This document shows, one piece after another, positions 1-9,673 of a DNA stretch of 64,000 bases; position 1 is the stretch's first letter, and each line of letters opens with the position of its first letter. A program made the position numbers and the translations under genes. The stretch is from the IMG/VR virus record IMGVR_UViG_3300017912_002752. One strand, given 5' to 3'. A model generated the notes under the pieces. It saw only the letters and a program-made list of their open reading frames with translations. It made no database searches and was not told where the DNA came from. Source of the DNA: a virus (Duplodnaviria > Caudoviricetes).

Positions 1-438
1 TGATACAAATACAGTACCAGGTCGGTAATCAGGGTCATTAGGAAATATTTTAGGTTGGATTCTAAATGAAGATGCGATTATTCTGTCAATACCATCACCC
101 TCTTCGACAATCTTTTGTAACTCTATATCTTGATTTGGTGCAATCCACATATCAGAATGAATTATGTTTACATACTCGGTTTCTGATTTGTCAACACAAA
201 AGTCCATACCACCACCAATTCCTCTTGGTATATCGTTATGTTCTATAAAACCTTTTAGATTCTTGTCCTCTTGCATTTGGTTAAGTAACCACTCGTCTGT
301 ACCATCGGTACAATTCTCTGCGTGAATCACAATCGGTTGGTCTTTGTAATATGCATTCTTTCTTACTGATTCGTAAGCAAGTTTTACATAATCAAGATTA
401 TTATTTGTCGATATACAAGTTGTTATTGGACTTTCCAT
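1..438 (-). CDS. Glycosyltransferase family 2 (3' end runs off the window)
   Basis: Not in the ORF track. Manual translation from ATG at 438 gives MESPITTCISTNNNLDYVKLAYESVRKN...HAENCTDGTDEWL...GIGGGMDFCV...YVNIIHSDM, a GT-A N-terminal pattern; open to position 1. Confidence 0.75.
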   Translation of the reverse strand, partial: MESPITTCISTNNNLDYVKLAYESVRKNAYYKDQPIVIHAENCTDGTDEWLLNQMQEDKNLKGFIEHNDIPRGIGGGMDFCVDKSETEYVNIIHSDMWIAPNQDIELQKIVEEGDGIDRIIASSFRIQPKIFPNDPDYRPGTVFVS

Positions 439-1373
439 ACATCTTTCCATTTATATGTTTTCGTTTGTTTCATAAAGTTGTAAGCATTGTATTTAGAATA
501 CTCACTTGCTTTAGGATACCAATCGGTTGACTTTCTTTGTTCATTTATATCTTTTCCATCCTCACCAACAACATATTTTCTTTTTCTTGGATGTTCTCTA
601 TTATGTACTAATAAAATATTCTTTACAATATACAAAGGAATTTGGTTATTTCCAAATATTGTTAACATTTTATTCATAAAAGCAGTATCTTCGTGAGTGA
701 AGAATACTGATTTAGGTATGTTTACACCACTTCTAATGATTTCAGATGAGATTACTAAACCACATCCGTTAAATTTGTAGTTGTATGTAGATTCTATATG
801 TGGTGATTCAACATCTGAATTTATCTCTTCCATTTTATCATAATCCATATAACATCTTGTTCCATACCATGCGTGTGCGTCTCTTGGTAAATCAGTTAGT
901 TTTGGATGTTCTAATGGTTTCCATGAATCATCCCACATTTTACAAGTTGAAAAAAATCCAACCCACTTTGGTGTTTGGTCTTTAACTGCTTCATGTAATG
1001 ATAATATTGTTTCCATCGCTTGTGATGGTACTAACATATCAGATTCACCCCAAAACAATACATCTACAAGTTCACAATACTTTTCGTTAAAATCTCTTCT
1101 ATAATCTGCGATAGTATATAACTCATCTTTTGTTGAGTATGTGATATCGTAACCTTTAAGTTTATATTGATTACAAACTCTGACATACTTTTCCATAATG
1201 TATGTCAACATATCGACTTCTTCAGAAATCTTTTCTAAGTCTTGATTTGTGACTAAACACATATCAATCTTGACCTTATCTTTTTGATTACCAATTGATT
1301 TAATTAAAGAATCTAAATATTCCTCAAACATATCAATCTCATACCATTGTACTAAACAACCTGCCGCTATCAT
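423..1373 (-). CDS. Putative GT-A-fold glycosyltransferase
   Basis: 316 aa; LFWGESDMLVP (DxD-like), FNGCGLVIS and HEDTAF motifs; lies in the GT island. Confidence 0.5.
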   Translation of the reverse strand: MIAAGCLVQWYEIDMFEEYLDSLIKSIGNQKDKVKIDMCLVTNQDLEKISEEVDMLTYIMEKYVRVCNQYKLKGYDITYSTKDELYTIADYRRDFNEKYCELVDVLFWGESDMLVPSQAMETILSLHEAVKDQTPKWVGFFSTCKMWDDSWKPLEHPKLTDLPRDAHAWYGTRCYMDYDKMEEINSDVESPHIESTYNYKFNGCGLVISSEIIRSGVNIPKSVFFTHEDTAFMNKMLTIFGNNQIPLYIVKNILLVHNREHPRKRKYVVGEDGKDINEQRKSTDWYPKASEYSKYNAYNFMKQTKTYKWKDVWKVQ

Positions 1374-2191
1374 AGTTCTATTCTTGGGATACCTTCATAA
1401 CCAGGATTGGTATCTGAGACCATTTCCCATTCTACACCTTGTTCTTTTAACCAATAGTAAATACCTTTAGTTGCTTTTGCAACTGATTTTATTTCTCTTG
1501 GCCCCATTGATGTTTTTGCATATACAATCTTTTCGTGTTCGTCACCATAGAAGTGTTCTTGAAACACTCTTTGTGTATCATCTTCTGTTCCATTTTCAAA
1601 TGATGATAAATCACCAATATCCCAACCAACCGTAACAATCTTTTTACATCCTAAGTAAAGTGCTAATGGTAATGCCATTTCGTACATGATACCAGGTCCC
1701 CAAGGTTGATTGAATCCATATTCGGGGTGGTCTAACTTCATAGCGTCCCAATCCTCTCGTTCTGATAATGAGTGAATCATTTTGTTAGGACCAACTCCAC
1801 CGCCTGTATTTGGATTATTTCTAAATATAGGAATGAATAAATCTGATTCTAAATTATTCTCGAAAATCATTTGAGGATGGAATTGTTCAAAGATTGCCCA
1901 TGTTATGATTGATTTGTTGTCTGACCAATCGTATGGTGCGAAGTTACAAAAGTTTAGTAAGTGAAAGTCAGTAACATCTTTTACTAAATTATATGATTGT
2001 TTGATTGGCATACATAACTTGTCTGCCATAAACTCATTAAGGAATTGTTTATCATACTTTTTAAGTGAAGGACCGCCTGCAATTATATATGCAGTTTCAT
2101 CTTTGTACTGATTCTTTAGTACCTTTAATCTATCTTCAGGTTCTTCTAATTGTAAAAGCTCTTTTCGTAACTTACTTGTTTGTAATTTCAT
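1370..2191 (-). CDS. DUF115/MptE-like (MAF-type) protein, possible ulosonic-acid transferase
   Basis: ETAYIIAGGPSL and ALYLGCKKIVTVGWD...HFY motifs typical of the DUF115/Maf fold. Confidence 0.6.
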   Translation of the reverse strand: MKLQTSKLRKELLQLEEPEDRLKVLKNQYKDETAYIIAGGPSLKKYDKQFLNEFMADKLCMPIKQSYNLVKDVTDFHLLNFCNFAPYDWSDNKSIITWAIFEQFHPQMIFENNLESDLFIPIFRNNPNTGGGVGPNKMIHSLSEREDWDAMKLDHPEYGFNQPWGPGIMYEMALPLALYLGCKKIVTVGWDIGDLSSFENGTEDDTQRVFQEHFYGDEHEKIVYAKTSMGPREIKSVAKATKGIYYWLKEQGVEWEMVSDTNPGYEGIPRIEL

Positions 2192-2573
2192 TGAATTGTT
2201 TCAAAGTTTGTTCCCATGATTCAAACCTAATACCTCTATCATCTATGTAACAGATTGCTCTTGGTTTTTCACAAGTTATTTCTTTTATATAAGTATCAAT
2301 CTCATATTTAGTTAACCACTCCCAAATCAACTCTTCACCTGTTTTACCATTTACAAGTGGTCTATCGGGTTTTACTTTTGCGGTAAATAAAACTATATCG
2401 TACCCTTGAGACTTAAACCACTTGATTGCGTCTAAAGAACCCTCAATAGGTGGGTCATATACAGTTCCATCATGGAATCCTTTTGAATTACCATGGACAA
2501 CACCATCAAAGTCTATCGCAACTTGATAGTTGTTTTCGTGGTGTTGCATTTTGTCATATTCATCAATATTCAT
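2172..2573 (-). CDS. HAD-superfamily phosphatase
   Basis: IDFDGVV (motif I), FTA (motif II), KP..YIDDR (motifs III/IV). Confidence 0.8.
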   Translation of the reverse strand: MNIDEYDKMQHHENNYQVAIDFDGVVHGNSKGFHDGTVYDPPIEGSLDAIKWFKSQGYDIVLFTAKVKPDRPLVNGKTGEELIWEWLTKYEIDTYIKEITCEKPRAICYIDDRGIRFESWEQTLKQFNEITNK

Positions 2574-3260
2574 TTATTTGTTTCTTTTTCTAAATACATC
2601 ACCATTTCTATATGAATAAGAACCATAGATAAACTTTCTTGGTGATTTTGTATTAAATTGTTTAGATACTGAATGATATGAATCAGGCGTTGATAGGAAA
2701 AATATTCCTTTGTTTTTCTTTGCCTCAACTGTTTGGTGTACAGGTAATGCGTTTTCGTTCCATAACCTTTGGTCTAACCTTGTCATACTATCAGATGAAT
2801 GTATTACAAAGTCACCACCTTCCCAATCTTTATCATTAAAGAATATCAAGAAGTTCCAAATTCTCTTGTCAGTATCTCTATGTATTTCTCTTACATATCC
2901 ATCTGTCGCTGACGACCAATCTATGTGTAAAAAACAATTGGTTTTAAGTGAACTATCTTTAGATATTACACTATTCCATTTTTTTAAATCGTCATTATAA
3001 TAGTCTACAAAACTATGAAATACAGAATCGTCATTCAGATAGTTATAAAACTTTTTCCAAGTTGGTGCAGTTTCTAACCATTCATTGAACTTAGGACTTC
3101 CTGAGTTCATTTTTTTTCTACCACCCATTACTGTTCCTTCTGAAGATACATCAGGGAACTCTTGTATAAGATTCTCAAGTGTTTCTTCATCAAAACAATT
3201 TTCTACTTCTATAATAGGAAACGGGTAGTCCGTTGAATTTCCTTCACTAAAATTTATCAT
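2574..3260 (-). CDS. 2OG-Fe(II) oxygenase
   Basis: IHRD...WEGGDF...SYHSV...RKFIY gives the HxD...H...R triad. Confidence 0.8.
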   Translation of the reverse strand: MINFSEGNSTDYPFPIIEVENCFDEETLENLIQEFPDVSSEGTVMGGRKKMNSGSPKFNEWLETAPTWKKFYNYLNDDSVFHSFVDYYNDDLKKWNSVISKDSSLKTNCFLHIDWSSATDGYVREIHRDTDKRIWNFLIFFNDKDWEGGDFVIHSSDSMTRLDQRLWNENALPVHQTVEAKKNKGIFFLSTPDSYHSVSKQFNTKSPRKFIYGSYSYRNGDVFRKRNK

Positions 3261-3270
3261 ATCTTTCTTT

Positions 3271-3963
3271 CTATTTTATGTTTTCGTACTCTAATATCTT
3301 GACATTCAGTCCTTTAAGTACTTCCATTTCTTTATTATAATTATGCACCCTACGACCTTCCCTATCAAGTCTTGATGTAGGGTCTTCTAAATCATAGTAA
3401 TGATATCTTCCTTTTTTATTTGGAATATTTTCAGTATAAAATGTATTACCAAAACTCCAAACCTCATCGTATTTATCACAGGCAATCTTGACTAATTGTA
3501 ATCCTATACAATTTGAGTCAGTACCAAATACATTCGTTACTTTTGTCATATCAATATTTTGAAGAAGTCTTAAGTATCCTAATTTTGCATTTGTTTCAAC
3601 TTTGAACTTATCAAATATATCGTGACCCAATTTTTCTAATTCTCGTAATTCTTTATTCACTTTTTCTTTTGTCCAAGGTGTATGCCATATTGGTCCTGGA
3701 GGTCCTGCCGTTCTAATCCAATACTCATTAACATCATGAACACCACTATCTAATTTATGTGTTTCTAATTGACCTGATACTGCGTCTATAAACTCAGGCG
3801 AATGTCTGAATGACCACACATCAGTTTTTGTTCCAACATATTTTTCAAATCCCTCAATCCGATACCAGTTACATCTGATAACAACATCAAAGTATTCGTC
3901 TATGAATTTACCATATTCATATTCAAGAACCGAAGGTGAATTACCAATTACGATTGCTTTCAT
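3271..3963 (-). CDS. GT29 sialyltransferase-like glycosyltransferase
   Basis: AIVIGNSPSVLEYEYGKFIDEYFDVVIRCN...VGTKT resembles sialylmotif L; HYY (motif III) and H-x4-E (HNYNKE, motif VS) are present. Confidence 0.7.
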   Translation of the reverse strand: MKAIVIGNSPSVLEYEYGKFIDEYFDVVIRCNWYRIEGFEKYVGTKTDVWSFRHSPEFIDAVSGQLETHKLDSGVHDVNEYWIRTAGPPGPIWHTPWTKEKVNKELRELEKLGHDIFDKFKVETNAKLGYLRLLQNIDMTKVTNVFGTDSNCIGLQLVKIACDKYDEVWSFGNTFYTENIPNKKGRYHYYDLEDPTSRLDREGRRVHNYNKEMEVLKGLNVKILEYENIK

Positions 3964-4355
3964 TAATCGTATTTTTGATATATTTTTTCTTCAAAAAATT
4001 CTGAGTTTAACAAGTGATTAATTTCTTTCTTTTCAGCTGCTCTTCTATCATTTGTATAATAAACTGCTCTTGCCAACTCAATAAACTCTTCGTCAAATTT
4101 ATCATCTTTTTCTTTTAATCTAACTGAATCTTCGATGACCCACATTTGACCATTAGTCTTTTTAAGTCTATCATAGATTTCTTTTAGTTCTTCACCACCT
4201 GCGTTCCAAAATGGTTGTAACTTATCTTGTAAGTAATTAAGTTCATTTTGTATATTTTGTTTTTGAACTTCATCTTTTACATTTTCAAGTTTTATTTCAA
4301 GGATTGATAACTTATCGAATGCGTCACCAATCGGTGTTTTAATTTCTATCGCCAT
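3963..4355 (-). CDS. Conserved hypothetical protein (DUF6165-like)
   Basis: PIGDAFDKLSILEIK...MWVIEDSVR...FIELARAVYYTNDRRA pattern, common in GT clusters. Confidence 0.65.
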   Translation of the reverse strand: MAIEIKTPIGDAFDKLSILEIKLENVKDEVQKQNIQNELNYLQDKLQPFWNAGGEELKEIYDRLKKTNGQMWVIEDSVRLKEKDDKFDEEFIELARAVYYTNDRRAAEKKEINHLLNSEFFEEKIYQKYD

Positions 4356-5274
4356 ATTTTAACATTTTATTTATTCCGTCTTCTAAACATACAAAATCTT
4401 CATAACCTATGCAACTTTTTAACTTAGAAAGTGATGGTTTTCTCCATTTTGTATCATTAGACCACGCTGGTTTATACTCTACTTTAAATTCTTTATCCAT
4501 TATTTGATGTATAACCATCGCCAAATCATGAATAGTAATCTCTTCATCAAATCCAACATTTACTATTTCGTCAGATGTATGTCTAATTAACTCAGTAACG
4601 ATATTAGCATGGTCTGTAACATAACAAAAAGACCTTGTTTGATTTCCATCACCATACAAGTAAAAGTCCTCATCTGATTTGATTCTTTCAATAAACTCAG
4701 GAATCACCTGACCATATCCACCTGTTGCCATTCTTGGACCATAAGTGTTGAAAGGTCTAACTATCAAATATTCTTTTCTTTTTTCATCTGCCCACAATCT
4801 TACTAAGAACTCACCCATACCTTTTGAAGATGCATAAGAATCTCTATTTGCAGATGGGTGTAGAATCATAGGTTCTGTTTCTTTGGTTGGAACAATTGGC
4901 GCTGGTCCATAAATCTCAGATGAAGATGCGTATACTACTTTTATTACTGAAGGTGTACATGCGTTCAATACATTCTGAGTCATTAAGATATTATGATTAC
5001 AGACTTTAAATGGAATATCATAAAAATATCTTGTTCCATTTATTGCTGCGTAGTGAACAACTATGTCGAACTGATGTTCTAACATAAATTCTTTTATTGG
5101 TTCACTATAAACTAAGTCTAGCTCTTTGAATGTAAAATTTTCATGAGTTGGTAAATTACTTACCTTTCCTCTAAAAAAGTTATCTACTCCAACAACTTTG
5201 TGACCATCATCTAATAATGAATCACAAAGATGTGAACCCAAAAATCCTGCTGCACCTGTAACTAATATCTTCAT
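4339..5274 (-). CDS. NAD-dependent epimerase/dehydratase (UDP-glucuronate decarboxylase-like)
   Basis: GAAGFLGSH, SSSEIYG, YASSK (YxxxK) and GDGNQTRSFCYVTD. Confidence 0.85.
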   Translation of the reverse strand: MKILVTGAAGFLGSHLCDSLLDDGHKVVGVDNFFRGKVSNLPTHENFTFKELDLVYSEPIKEFMLEHQFDIVVHYAAINGTRYFYDIPFKVCNHNILMTQNVLNACTPSVIKVVYASSSEIYGPAPIVPTKETEPMILHPSANRDSYASSKGMGEFLVRLWADEKRKEYLIVRPFNTYGPRMATGGYGQVIPEFIERIKSDEDFYLYGDGNQTRSFCYVTDHANIVTELIRHTSDEIVNVGFDEEITIHDLAMVIHQIMDKEFKVEYKPAWSNDTKWRKPSLSKLKSCIGYEDFVCLEDGINKMLKYGDRN

Positions 5275-6077
5275 TAAATATCGTATCTCATTCCTGGTGG
5301 TACTTTTTTCACGAACTTATCATTTTCTTCATCAATAAATCTGAAAATATCCACATCAATTTTATATTTGTCACATAATACTTTCATAGCTTTAGTATCT
5401 TTAGGAAGACACATTCCACCATAACCACCAAAGTCTTTATTTACATTTAAGTAGTGACCTTCACCAACTCCGTGAAATAAAAATGCGTCCTTGATTGCAT
5501 CATAGTTTGCACCAAAGTGTTTAGCTACTTTGTAAAAAGAGTTTGCAAATGTGATTCTCATTGCCTTGTAGGTATTAGAGAAGTACTTCATCAACTCTGC
5601 GTCAATTATTTTTACTTTTACCTTGTGCATTGGTAATCTACCATGACTCTTTACAATCAAATCATAGTTTTCATCACTATCAGTACCAACAACTAAAATG
5701 TTATTATTGTATACAAAGTCTTCGTATGCACATCTTTCTCTTAAGAACTCAGGTACAAAACACATATTCAGATTTGGATATTCTCTTCTTAATCTATTTG
5801 TTGTACCAGGTTCTATTGTACTTTTTAATGCTACAAGACCCTTGTAATTAAAACTACTAAGTTGATTTATTACACTATTAACCGCAGTTAAATCACATTC
5901 ATCATTTGGACCTGTTGGAGTTCCAACTGTAATAAAAACTATTTCTGTATCTAAAGTGTCTTCAATCTTAGTTTCTGGCATCTTGATATCATAACCAACG
6001 ACATCATGTCCCAAGTATTCAAATCCTTTAGATATTGCAGAGCCGACTGCTCCGATTCCGATTACTCCTAATTTCAT
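5274..6077 (-). CDS. ugd: UDP-glucose/GDP-mannose 6-dehydrogenase (short form lacking the C-terminal domain)
   Basis: GIGAVG, KSTIEPGT, PEFLRE, KYFSN and GGYGGMCLPKD; the start at 6077 overlaps the upstream stop (ATGA). Confidence 0.85.
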   Translation of the reverse strand: MKLGVIGIGAVGSAISKGFEYLGHDVVGYDIKMPETKIEDTLDTEIVFITVGTPTGPNDECDLTAVNSVINQLSSFNYKGLVALKSTIEPGTTNRLRREYPNLNMCFVPEFLRERCAYEDFVYNNNILVVGTDSDENYDLIVKSHGRLPMHKVKVKIIDAELMKYFSNTYKAMRITFANSFYKVAKHFGANYDAIKDAFLFHGVGEGHYLNVNKDFGGYGGMCLPKDTKAMKVLCDKYKIDVDIFRFIDEENDKFVKKVPPGMRYDI

Positions 6078-6751
6078 TTTTTCCATATATAATTCCAATT
6101 GTTTTTATGCCATTTTCCGGCTTTTATATTCTCTATGATTTCATAGTGTTCCATCCGTGGGTCAAAGTAATGTGGTTTACAATACAAGTGACCATACAGA
6201 GGTACTGACCCATCTGTTACTGAGTCTGCAAGATTCATGAAACTTCCCTCGTAAACATGAATTTCTTTTGCTTTTTGCATTATTGTTGTGTAGTCTAATA
6301 TATGCCCATGCCTTCCATCAACATTGATTACAGGTAAATCTTTATTTTCAAAGTGACTTCTGTCAATAGGATACATATGTCTACTTGAATTGTCTGATTG
6401 TCTTTCATGGATTATGATATAATCTTTTCCATGTTTGTCGACTATTTCATTATACAACTTATTTTCTTCGTTTAAATCTCTGTTCCAAGTTAAATTTCGC
6501 CAAGAACTTGTATGTTCTACACTATCTTTGAATACAATTCTTTTTGACCTTTCTCTTGTATAAATTGGTGACTTTTTACCTAAAACTATATTATCAACAT
6601 CATTATATAATTTTACATTTAACCAATTTAAGGCAGGAACATCTAAATAGACCATATCATATTCTTTACAATAGTGCTCCTTTATAACTGATGAGAACAT
6701 TAACCCATCACCTACTCCACGCTTATGCCAAATATCAGCTATCTTTTTCAT
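6074..6751 (-). CDS. Hypothetical protein, possibly GT-B-like
   Basis: 225 aa; HKRGVGDGL and AKEIHVYEGSF; lies in the glycan island. Confidence 0.4.
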   Translation of the reverse strand: MKKIADIWHKRGVGDGLMFSSVIKEHYCKEYDMVYLDVPALNWLNVKLYNDVDNIVLGKKSPIYTRERSKRIVFKDSVEHTSSWRNLTWNRDLNEENKLYNEIVDKHGKDYIIIHERQSDNSSRHMYPIDRSHFENKDLPVINVDGRHGHILDYTTIMQKAKEIHVYEGSFMNLADSVTDGSVPLYGHLYCKPHYFDPRMEHYEIIENIKAGKWHKNNWNYIWKK

Positions 6752-8472
6752 TAACTTAACATCTTTTCAACTATTTCGATATCTTCAGGATAATCAACTG
6801 CGTGTGATACATTCTCTACCATCACCATCTTTACTTTATATCCCATTTCTATAAATCTATCAATCTCGATATCTTCTTGAGATTCAAGTGGTGTCTTTTT
6901 ACCATATTCCCAAAATGATTTTAAATGCTCCCTATTGAATCCATAGATACAAACTTGTTTTAGTGGATTACTGGTCGAACCCTGTTTTGTACCTGGGAGT
7001 GGACTTCTTGAACACCAAATCAACTCATCATTTAGATTTGTGATTACTTTTGGTATCTTTGTATCTTCCACTCTTTCGTGAGGATTAAGTTTCGCCATAC
7101 AATTTACAATGTGGTCAGGATTATTTATCTTTGCCTCAATCACTTTTTGGATATCTTCTGGCGATAACATTGGTTCATCACCTTGTACATTGATAATAAA
7201 GTCTGCGTCAATCTCTAATGCCGCCTCTGCAACTCTATCTGTTCCTGTTGGACAATCGTCTGAAGTTAGAATTACTTTCCAACCATGTTCTTTTACAACA
7301 TCAACGATTTCTTGATTCTCAGTTGCGATGTAAACATTCTCTTGTCCTACCGCCCACTTCGCAGTTTCAGCTACCCAAAGAATCATCTCTTTTCCATGAA
7401 TCTTGGCAAGAGGTTTGCCAGGGAATCTTGATGATTTGTATCTTGCGGGGATAACTACTGCCACTTTAGGTTCTAATACTCCATCAAGTTTCTTCTCGTC
7501 AAAACTTACTGATTCAGGAATGTCAAGTAATACATCTTCTATTCTATTAGGATGTAAAAAAGATTGTTGTAAGTTCTGAGGATACAATGGATGAATATGT
7601 TTCAACCCACTAACCATATAATTGTGTGTGAATCCCCACTTATGTTCTTCCATTAAAGGAATCATCCAATCAGAAATAACTTTTTGTAAAGGTTTACAAT
7701 TATACTCAGTTTTATCATGTGAAAGAAATTTCATCTTGTCTTTCGCATATTGATGATAAGTCACAAGTTGTTCGGTTTTTACATTTCCAACTCCCCTACC
7801 CATTCCAAGTAAAGTACCATCCAACCAAAGTGCTCCTTCGGATTCTGCGGCAATACAATTAGCGAATGCAAGACCAAGGTTGTCGTGTGTATGAACCCCA
7901 ATCTTTGAATCACCTTCAAATAGTTTAACAACTTGTTTTGTTCTATCAGGCGTCAATGCACCATACGAATCAGCAAAGTATAAAACAAGAGGGTCTAATC
8001 CACTCATTACTTTTACAAAGTCATATATTTGAGTATCAGTCAATAAAGTTATACCCATCAGATTTACTATCAAATCATATCCTTTTGCTTTGACATAATC
8101 ACCAATCTTGACAGAATGGTCTAACTCCGAATACTTTATTGCCAGACGACAGATGTCAAATGGTGAATCTTCACTATCATGGATAACATCATCAATCAAT
8201 GAATAATCTACTTCATCATCTTTGATGAAGTCTTTTGCGTCAATCATAAACGCAAGTTTCAAGTTTACTGGTTTTCTATAATCTAATACATCCCAAATAA
8301 ACCTATCGTTACACTTACGATACTTACCACCCTTGACAGGCGACTTGTATCCCATTTCCATCACTCCAACTCCTGAAAGGTCAAGGGCTTGTACTAAGTC
8401 TTTGACCATCTGAGTGTCAAAGTTCCAATTGGTGTAGTAACCACCATCTCTTAATGTACAATCTAATATCAT
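6751..8472 (-). CDS. Fusion of an HMGL-like (DRE-TIM) aldolase and a KdsB-like CMP-ulosonate cytidylyltransferase
   Basis: N-half: LDCTLRDGGY, FADSYG, GVHTHDNLGLA, GMGRGVGN. C-half: VIPARYKSSRFPGKPLA, TGTDR, NVQGDEP, AVDYPEDI. Confidence 0.85.
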   Translation of the reverse strand: MILDCTLRDGGYYTNWNFDTQMVKDLVQALDLSGVGVMEMGYKSPVKGGKYRKCNDRFIWDVLDYRKPVNLKLAFMIDAKDFIKDDEVDYSLIDDVIHDSEDSPFDICRLAIKYSELDHSVKIGDYVKAKGYDLIVNLMGITLLTDTQIYDFVKVMSGLDPLVLYFADSYGALTPDRTKQVVKLFEGDSKIGVHTHDNLGLAFANCIAAESEGALWLDGTLLGMGRGVGNVKTEQLVTYHQYAKDKMKFLSHDKTEYNCKPLQKVISDWMIPLMEEHKWGFTHNYMVSGLKHIHPLYPQNLQQSFLHPNRIEDVLLDIPESVSFDEKKLDGVLEPKVAVVIPARYKSSRFPGKPLAKIHGKEMILWVAETAKWAVGQENVYIATENQEIVDVVKEHGWKVILTSDDCPTGTDRVAEAALEIDADFIINVQGDEPMLSPEDIQKVIEAKINNPDHIVNCMAKLNPHERVEDTKIPKVITNLNDELIWCSRSPLPGTKQGSTSNPLKQVCIYGFNREHLKSFWEYGKKTPLESQEDIEIDRFIEMGYKVKMVMVENVSHAVDYPEDIEIVEKMLS

Positions 8473-8524
8473 AGGAAATTGTTAAATTTTCTTTTTGACA
8501 CACGAATCGTTCCCAAAATGGGAG

Positions 8525-9148
8525 TTACACGAGGGTGTCATAATAATCGTTTTGTTTTATTTGTTTTTCAATATCTTTGTGGTGGAACAATGCTAGTTCC
8601 TCTACCCAAGGTAAATTTGAAATAGTATCAAACCCATCGAGTTTCTCGTGTACCTTATTTATCCAACGAATGGATTCGGATTTCTTATAAACTCTCCATT
8701 GTGGGTCTGGCCAATTCACTCTACCTTTATCATCAACATTCCATTTCCATTTTTGAATGTACTCGTCTGTTAACCCATCTACCAAATTTACTCTCGGTAC
8801 AAGGATTACATCTACTGAATTCATCTCAAGAATTTGTGGAAGGTTTTGAATTAGTTCTTCGTTTGGAATCTCATCTGCATCAATCTGAAATATGTAATCA
8901 CCATTACACAAATCAGTCAACTTGTTTTTCCAATTTGCAAAATGCCCATCAAACTCACCACTATGCCATGAGTAACTTGGGTTTACTGATTTTGCTCTTA
9001 AATATTCCTCTACTTTTTTATCACCATTTTTAGAATCGTATAGTATTACTATCTCATCTTCTGGTCTGATGTTATCTAAAAGATATGGAATTAGTTTTTG
9101 AATTTCTGTAAATTCATTACAAACTGTAACTGCGTAACTTATTTTCAT
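8525..9148 (-). CDS. Glycosyltransferase family 2
   Basis: ISYAVTVCNE, YIFQIDADE (DxD) and WINKVHE. Confidence 0.85.
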   Translation of the reverse strand: MKISYAVTVCNEFTEIQKLIPYLLDNIRPEDEIVILYDSKNGDKKVEEYLRAKSVNPSYSWHSGEFDGHFANWKNKLTDLCNGDYIFQIDADEIPNEELIQNLPQILEMNSVDVILVPRVNLVDGLTDEYIQKWKWNVDDKGRVNWPDPQWRVYKKSESIRWINKVHEKLDGFDTISNLPWVEELALFHHKDIEKQIKQNDYYDTLV

Positions 9149-9157
9149 AATTTAATT

Positions 9158-9673
9158 TTATAATCCTACGGGTGGAGTATCTTGTGTTGTTTCCAAATCC
9201 GTATCATCTTTCCTTACTTGTTCTTCTTGCCTTCTCTTAGACCTCGGTGATATTTTATCGTAAACACCGAAATCATAATTATACACCGTAACTTGACCTA
9301 CATTCTTTTCTACTAAAGTTCTGTATCCGTTTTGTAGGTCTTTGTTTTTTAACTTTGATGTATAAAATTGTTTAGAGTTAACTTCTACTCTTAATTTACT
9401 TAAATCTAATTTTCTAATCTTAGGAGTATTACTTGTTACCTCATCTAAATCTTCTGCAAGTTTAATAAACTTATCTGGTGCACAATCTTTCAAGTCTAAA
9501 CAATGAAAGTAATTTTTAAAATTAGGTTGTAGAATAAAGACAAACATATCTCTCTGAGTATTGTCTCTTTTCTTATATCTAATCTTAGCAACCATACCTC
9601 TCTCTAATTTAGAATTAGAGACTCTTGTAGGGTCTGTCATATTACTTCTATGTCTACTTGTATAATCAGGCAT
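9158..9673 (-). CDS. Hypothetical protein
   Basis: 171-aa ORF overlapping the neighbouring gene in the operon. Confidence 0.6.
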   Translation of the reverse strand: MPDYTSRHRSNMTDPTRVSNSKLERGMVAKIRYKKRDNTQRDMFVFILQPNFKNYFHCLDLKDCAPDKFIKLAEDLDEVTSNTPKIRKLDLSKLRVEVNSKQFYTSKLKNKDLQNGYRTLVEKNVGQVTVYNYDFGVYDKISPRSKRRQEEQVRKDDTDLETTQDTPPVGL

